A DNA stretch of 64,000 nt, from assembly GCA_028704635.1 (NCBI GenBank), contig JAQWFB010000002.1, positions 64,693-128,692 of the forward strand. The letters run 5' to 3'. The translations under genes and the position numbers were made by a program. The DNA comes from Candidatus Shapirobacteria bacterium. GTDB taxonomy: Bacteria; Patescibacteriota; Microgenomatia; UBA12405. Under the pieces are notes generated by a model that saw only the letters and a list, made by a program, of their open reading frames with translations, did not search any database and was not told the DNA's origin. Of this stretch, positions 59,489 to 64,000 are shown in pieces (the first letter of the stretch is position 1; the number at the start of each line of letters is the position of its first letter).

Positions 59489-60988
59489 ATGGCCCAACAA
59501 TTTACTCAAGAACAAATTGAAAAACTTAAAAGTCTCGGCATCGAAGTCGACTCAAAAGACGTCATTACCAGCGAAAACCAACTCGCCGACCTAACCACCC
59601 CTCAGCCAACTGAAACACCAAATCTCCCTCCCTTACCAAAAGAAGAAGTTAATTCGAATCCCACCCAACCAGAAAGTCTCCCTGTCAAGGGAGATGTCGA
59701 TTTATCGACAGAGGGTTTTAAACCAGAAACCGACAGTTTTAAACAACCAATGGTAGAAGTTGAACCAACCGAACCCGAAGAAAATTCCCCCTCCTTGTCA
59801 AGGGAGGGGTTAGGGGTGGGTTTAACCCAACCTGAAAGTCTCCCTGTCAAGGGAGATGTCGATTTATCGACAGAGGGTTTTAAACCAAAGGAAGATCCCA
59901 ACCAAAAAAAGATCCCCACCGTTTTCCCTCTTCTCTCCATTTCCGGCCTCACTCTTCTTTCCTTCGGCGGTCTTGTTCTTTTAAAAGGTTCTGGAACACA
60001 AAATGATTTACCCCCTCAAAATACTTCTGCAAAAAACAATCCTGCTTTGCAGGACATCACCCCAACACAAGTACCTAAATCTATCCAACATTATCTTTTA
60101 ACATCACAACAATACTTTAGCCAAGCTGTTTCTCAACAGTCAACTGATAATTCAGCCTCTGTCGAATCACTCAATAATTCAATTATAGCCGCAACTGAGG
60201 CCATAAAAGAATTTCCAGACGACTATCGTGGCTATCAACAGCGTGGCAACATTTATCAGGCTCTTACTGATTCAAAACCCGAACTTTTAGATCAATCTAT
60301 ATCCGATTTCGCCTCTGCTTTTAAATTAAATTCTCAATCAGCCGAAGTTACCCGTTCCCTCGCCTCTCTTTATGCCAAAAAAGGTGATGCCAACAAAACT
60401 ATTCTCTTTCTAAACCAAACTGTTGCTCTTGAACCAACCAAAGCTCAAAATTTTTATGATCTTGCTAAAATTCAGCAACAAGCCGGTCTTCTTTCCCAAG
60501 CTCTAGATACCTATACTAAACTAACCACCCTGGTCACCGATCCCACCCAAAAAACTCAAGTCGAATCCGAAAAAGCTGCTCTCGAAAAACTGGTTGCTCA
60601 AAATCCAAATTCTTCAAAAACTCCAATCGAGGAAAATCAAACTCTACCTCCCGTCACTGCTCCGTCCTCTCTCGACTCTCCTACTATTCAAGCCATGGGT
60701 GAAGGCGGTCTTATTATTGCCGCTCCCGAAGAGGACAAATCAATTTCTGTCACCAATCAAACCGAGTCTAATTCTCTTTCTGGCACCTCCATTCTTTCTT
60801 CTGGTCAAAAAGAAATTACCATCCCCAACGACAACATTTCTTCTACTTCCCAAGTATACGTCACTATTACAAAAGGTGGCAAAAACCAAAATCTTCAAGT
60901 CATTTCCAAATCAGAAAAATCATTCGTCGTCGGTCTCGACTCCCCCATTTCCGAAGACATCGAATTCAAGTGGTGGATAATTAATTAA
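59489..60988 (+). CDS. Bitopic membrane TPR-repeat protein that shares its C-terminal WWIIN module with the giant protein.
   Basis: 499 aa. An N-terminal region carries a 2x direct repeat (TQPESLPVKGDVDLSTEGFKP). A TM (LLSISGLTLLSFGGLVLL) is followed by TPR-like helices (YRGYQQRGNIYQAL..., AEVTRSLASLYAKKGD..., AQNFYDLAKIQQQAG...). The C-terminus ...EDIEFKWWIIN aligns with the last roughly 60 aa of the giant protein. Confidence 0.6.
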   Translation: MAQQFTQEQIEKLKSLGIEVDSKDVITSENQLADLTTPQPTETPNLPPLPKEEVNSNPTQPESLPVKGDVDLSTEGFKPETDSFKQPMVEVEPTEPEENSPSLSREGLGVGLTQPESLPVKGDVDLSTEGFKPKEDPNQKKIPTVFPLLSISGLTLLSFGGLVLLKGSGTQNDLPPQNTSAKNNPALQDITPTQVPKSIQHYLLTSQQYFSQAVSQQSTDNSASVESLNNSIIAATEAIKEFPDDYRGYQQRGNIYQALTDSKPELLDQSISDFASAFKLNSQSAEVTRSLASLYAKKGDANKTILFLNQTVALEPTKAQNFYDLAKIQQQAGLLSQALDTYTKLTTLVTDPTQKTQVESEKAALEKLVAQNPNSSKTPIEENQTLPPVTAPSSLDSPTIQAMGEGGLIIAAPEEDKSISVTNQTESNSLSGTSILSSGQKEITIPNDNISSTSQVYVTITKGGKNQNLQVISKSEKSFVVGLDSPISEDIEFKWWIIN

Positions 60989-61062
60989 TTTAAAACCCTC
61001 CGTCTCTCGCAAGCTCGATCCACCTCCCTTGACAGGAAGGCTTTAAATCTCAATAATTATTT

Positions 61063-61509
61063 GTGAGAGATATTACATGTGTTGAAATAATGACTCAAAA
61101 GGGAAACTTAAAATATCTAGAACAATTAAGATGGGCAGCCAAAATAAATAGACATAAAATGACTAAAGGTGAATCAAAGATTTGGTATGAATTCTTAAAA
61201 AATAGACCAATGAATTATAAATTTACCAGACAAAAACCATTGGATAGATTTATTTTAGATTTTTATTGTTCTGAATTATTATTAGTAATTGAAATTAATG
61301 GTGGATATCATATTAAAAAACAAGAACAGGATTCAAAGAGAGATAAATTTTTAAATTGTTTAAATATTAAAACCATAAGATTTAAAAATGAAGAAATATT
61401 AAATAATTTAGAAAAAGTTAAAAATGAAATAATAAAAAATATCCAAGAAAGAAAAGCCTCCCTGTCAAGGGAGGTGCCCAAAGGGCGGAGGGTTTTAAAC
61501 AATAAATAA
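61063..61509 (+). CDS. DUF559-family (Vsr-like) endonuclease-domain protein, paralog of 20462..20866. Its 3' end is fused to a miniature repeat.
   Basis: KFTRQKPLDRFILDFYCSELLLVIEINGGYH...RDKFL..LNIKTIRF. The last roughly 18 codons (ASLSREVPKGRRVLNNK) are the translation of the repeat at 61452-61497. Confidence 0.8.
   Translation: MRDITCVEIMTQKGNLKYLEQLRWAAKINRHKMTKGESKIWYEFLKNRPMNYKFTRQKPLDRFILDFYCSELLLVIEINGGYHIKKQEQDSKRDKFLNCLNIKTIRFKNEEILNNLEKVKNEIIKNIQERKASLSREVPKGRRVLNNK
61452..61497. repeat. Double-hairpin miniature repeat (DUF559-associated): GCCTCCCTGTCAAGGGAGGTGCCCAAAGGGCGGAGGGTTTTAAAC.
   Basis: Hairpin 1 is CCTCCCTGTCAAGGGAGG, hairpin 2 is GCCCAAAGGGC, and the tail is GAGGGTTTTAAAC. 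A near-identical copy lies at 63957-64000, with degenerate copies at 61600-61730, 33205-33252 and 21003-21050. Confidence 0.85.
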
Positions 61510-61730
61510 TTCCTTATTCTAAGGGATCAGTTCCCCGCTAACACGAAGAATATAGTAATTCTGGATCAAGTGAGGTGTATTCCGATAAAATCGGAAGACG
61601 GAGGGTTTTAAAATAAAAGAGTTTCCAAACCAAAAACCTCCCTTTCGGGAGGTTTAAAAATTTTTTAATTTCTCTCCTTGTTAAGGAGAGAATCCGGTTT
61701 ATCCGGAGAGAGGTTTTAAATTGAGTGGTT

Positions 61731-63887
61731 TTAAGGAGCCGGTGCAACAGTAGGTTCAGCCACTGGTTGTGATTCTAATTGACTAGCTGGCACATCCACC
61801 TTTTCTTCACTCCCCACATTTGTAGCTGCCCCTTGTACTTGTCCTTCTGTTGGTGCCTTTTGCTGTTCCACAGGTTGTGCTTGTTGCATTTGTTCCACAG
61901 GTGGCACTACCTGTTGTTGAACCGGTTGTGTCTGTGTTTGCTCTTTTGAACCTGTTTGACCTTGAGCTGCCGCTGCCTTAGCCGCTTCAGCTTGTTGTTG
62001 AGCCTGTTGTTCAGTCAATTTTGCCAACTCTGCTTTCCAAGTCTCCAACTCTTTTGAAGCCGTGGTGTAATCTGATGAATCAGCTGGTACTAAAGCCAAA
62101 GCTTTTTCTAGTCTAGTCACCGCCGCACCAATCTTATTTTGTTGCTTAGCAGCATATGCCCAGTTATACCAAGCGTTGGCAAAATCAGCTTTACTTGTTG
62201 CCGCTTGCTCAAAAGCTCTCTCTGCTTGTTCATAGCTACCAGCTGCATAAAGTAATCCCCCCATATCTAAATAATAAGTTGGATTAACTGCATCTAAAAT
62301 CACTGTTTGCTGATAAGCCTGATAACTCCAATCAGCCGCTCCATCCACTAATCCCACCAAGGTTTTATAAATTCCTGCCAAATTATACCAATACTCTGGA
62401 TTCTTTTGATTCAATGAAACCGCTGCCTTTGCCTCTCGCACTGCTTGTTGTACTAAAGTTGAAGCTTTTGTCTTATCGTCATCACTAATATCTGATTTGC
62501 TTAATAAAGCCTGTGCTAAAGATAGATTTACTTGAGAATAGGTTTTTCGATAACTTGCTAAATTTGGGTTAAGTCCAATCGCCTTAATTTGTAATTCATA
62601 AGTATTAGTTCCATCATTCTTTGCTGCTGCCACCAATGACTTTCTCATATAAAAATCACCTAAAAATATTCTCGTTGTCCAAAAACCTCCAAACCCTACT
62701 CCAGCCAAAACCAATACTGTCACCACATAAGGCATCACATTAAAATTATTTTCACCCACATTCAAAACCAGTCTAGTCTCTTTGGTTGCAAGAATATTAT
62801 TCGATAAAATCCACACTAATAAAAATACTGTCACTAAATCTAATGGCAATAATAAAGTTATAGCCAAAAATAAGGCCAATTGTCCAACTTTAACCGTCCT
62901 CTTTAATCTCAAAACCATTGTTATTAAATAGAAAACCAAAACCAAACCTATCACTCCCAATTCAGTCCAAATTTGCAAAATCCCCATTGAAGAAGATGAA
63001 AATGATCCCGACCAAAAACTTGTCAAATTAAAACTGGCTGGTCTGAATGAATTAAAAGCTTCCAAAAAATTACCAATTCCCACTCCAAAAATTGGATATA
63101 TTTTAAAAGTTTCCGCTGCAATTATCCACGCACTTTTAAAATCTAAAAATATCCATCCGGCTTTAAAAACTCTATAAACGTCTAGTAAAAATAAAAGTGA
63201 GAAAAATATTGTCGCCCCTGCTTCCACCCAATAATCTTTTACATCAGATTTTTCTTTTACCTTCTTCAATAATCCTTTCAACCATCCAAAAATCAAGAAA
63301 AGGAATAAAGTCGCCTCAGCTAAAACTGAACCAGTCAAAGACCATGCCGCATTAATTGACAATAATGGATCAGTTTTTGGGATCAATAATGGTAATTTAC
63401 TTGCTGGCAACAAAAAAACGACTAATGAAACAATTCCTGAAATTAATCCTGCAATTGTCAAAAACAAAAATTGCTTTTTAGTTTCTTCCTTATCATTAAC
63501 CTGAAGCCACACAAAAAACAAAATGAAAAATGAAATTACTGTTCCCATTCCCATTGGATTCATTAAAGACATCATCTTTGACCCAGCATCAAGTCTAAAA
63601 AATGTCACCCCCGACCAAATCACAAAAATTAAAAACAACCATAAAAACTTATTTGTCTTTACTATCTTTTCTTTGTCAGTTACTAATTTAACAGTCCATA
63701 AAATCAACACCACAAAAGCTAAAACCGCCAAAGCTAAATTTTTTCCAAAACCAAATCCATCCAGCACAATCGGAATAAAAATGATTGGGAAAATTAAAAA
63801 AATCGATCGGACAAAATATTTGAGAATGGTGTTCATAGACTCAGCATAACAAAAGCATTTTTTTTTGACAATCATCAAAACGGTCAT
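61731..63887 (-). CDS. O-antigen ligase/polymerase (Wzy_C)-like polytopic membrane protein fused to C-terminal TPR repeats and a Gln/Ala-rich tail.
   Basis: About 10 TM helices, then a periplasmic loop pattern typical of O-antigen ligase (Wzy_C), then TPR-like helices (EYWYNLAGIYKTL, NAWYNWAYAAKQQNK) and QQAQQQAEAAKAAAAQGQ low complexity. The start could instead be the internal MNTILKYF. Confidence 0.6.
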   Translation of the reverse strand: MTVLMIVKKKCFCYAESMNTILKYFVRSIFLIFPIIFIPIVLDGFGFGKNLALAVLAFVVLILWTVKLVTDKEKIVKTNKFLWLFLIFVIWSGVTFFRLDAGSKMMSLMNPMGMGTVISFFILFFVWLQVNDKEETKKQFLFLTIAGLISGIVSLVVFLLPASKLPLLIPKTDPLLSINAAWSLTGSVLAEATLFLFLIFGWLKGLLKKVKEKSDVKDYWVEAGATIFFSLLFLLDVYRVFKAGWIFLDFKSAWIIAAETFKIYPIFGVGIGNFLEAFNSFRPASFNLTSFWSGSFSSSSMGILQIWTELGVIGLVLVFYLITMVLRLKRTVKVGQLALFLAITLLLPLDLVTVFLLVWILSNNILATKETRLVLNVGENNFNVMPYVVTVLVLAGVGFGGFWTTRIFLGDFYMRKSLVAAAKNDGTNTYELQIKAIGLNPNLASYRKTYSQVNLSLAQALLSKSDISDDDKTKASTLVQQAVREAKAAVSLNQKNPEYWYNLAGIYKTLVGLVDGAADWSYQAYQQTVILDAVNPTYYLDMGGLLYAAGSYEQAERAFEQAATSKADFANAWYNWAYAAKQQNKIGAAVTRLEKALALVPADSSDYTTASKELETWKAELAKLTEQQAQQQAEAAKAAAAQGQTGSKEQTQTQPVQQQVVPPVEQMQQAQPVEQQKAPTEGQVQGAATNVGSEEKVDVPASQLESQPVAEPTVAPAP

Positions 63888-63918
63888 TTCCCCGCATTTT
63901 TATCGCTTATGGTTTTTT

Positions 63919-63946
63919 GTAGAGACGTTCTGCAGAACGTCTCTAC
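63919..63946. repeat. REP-like perfect palindrome (family 2).
   Basis: GTAGAGACGTTCTGCAGAACGTCTCTAC. Confidence 0.85.
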
Positions 63947-63956
63947 TGATAAAAAT

Positions 63957-64000
63957 TAAGCCTCCCTGTCAAGGGAGGTGCCCGAAGGGCGGAGGGTTTT
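63957..64000. repeat. Double-hairpin miniature repeat, a copy truncated by the window end.
   Basis: AGCCTCCCTGTCAAGGGAGGTGCCCGAAGGGCGGAGGGTTTT. Confidence 0.8.

Noticed and set aside
1-64000. Alternative genetic code (UGA as Gly, as in some CPR lineages)
   Set aside because: Long ORFs terminate at TGA as well as TAA/TAG with sensible C-termini; for example ruvA ends in a TGA overlapping the ruvB ATG. No in-frame TGA is needed inside conserved genes.

Overview
This is a low-GC (about 33%), gene-dense bacterial window whose gene content and architecture resemble a Candidate Phyla Radiation (Patescibacteria) genome (inference; no database search was possible). There is no evidence for an alternative genetic code.

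Layout along the window:
- 1-17.3 kb: core housekeeping. ruvC-ruvA-ruvB on the minus strand, murB, an unknown protein, a WecB/TagA-type glycosyltransferase, mreB, a PEGA-domain membrane protein, a CYTH protein, a minimal UvrA-like ABC ATPase, tRNA-Pro(CGG) and tRNA-Arg(CCT), an M16 peptidase, leuS, a class-A beta-lactamase-like serine hydrolase, and a comEA-comEC competence locus in which comEC is split into two ORFs.
- 17.3-27.6 kb: an accessory stretch carrying cell-surface genes. It holds two tandem small paralogs, two repeated two-gene cassettes of secreted protein plus C-terminally anchored protein, a DUF559 (Vsr-like) endonuclease gene bracketed by double-hairpin miniature repeats, an RHH-antitoxin plus frameshifted RelE/ParE-toxin pair, a GNAT acetyltransferase and pgi.
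- 27.6-39.9 kb: two paralogous giant membrane-anchored proteins of 1655 and 1712 aa. Each has a DUF2341-like N-terminus and six Laminin-G-3 repeats. They are separated by a REP-associated tyrosine transposase (RAYT / IS200-like TnpA_REP) and followed by a REP-rich intergenic island with an irregular tRNA-like gene. Small Big_1-like Ig-domain genes flank them.
- 40-61 kb: one 6107-aa ORF. It has an integrase-SAM-like N-terminal domain, a transmembrane anchor, about 5000 aa of tail-fibre-like beta-helix repeats with many long near-identical DNA repeats, six Kelch-like repeats, eight 17-aa YadA-head-like NTANG repeats, and an internal phage tail-fibre-type S74 intramolecular chaperone domain. It ends in a roughly 60-aa module terminating in WWIIN, which is shared with the downstream TPR membrane protein.
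- 61-64 kb: a second DUF559 gene with the same miniature repeats, then an O-antigen-ligase/TPR fusion on the minus strand.

The most distinctive signals are:
1. Two families of 28-bp GTAG...CTAC palindromes (REP-like) together with a RAYT gene. Copies sit in-frame inside the RAYT gene, the comEC N-terminal extension and the giant gene.
2. The DUF559 gene plus its roughly 45-bp double-hairpin repeat ending GAGGGTTTTAAAC, which looks like a candidate selfish element.
3. The giant-protein locus: SAM-like domains, the giant protein, and a TPR partner carrying the same C-terminal module.
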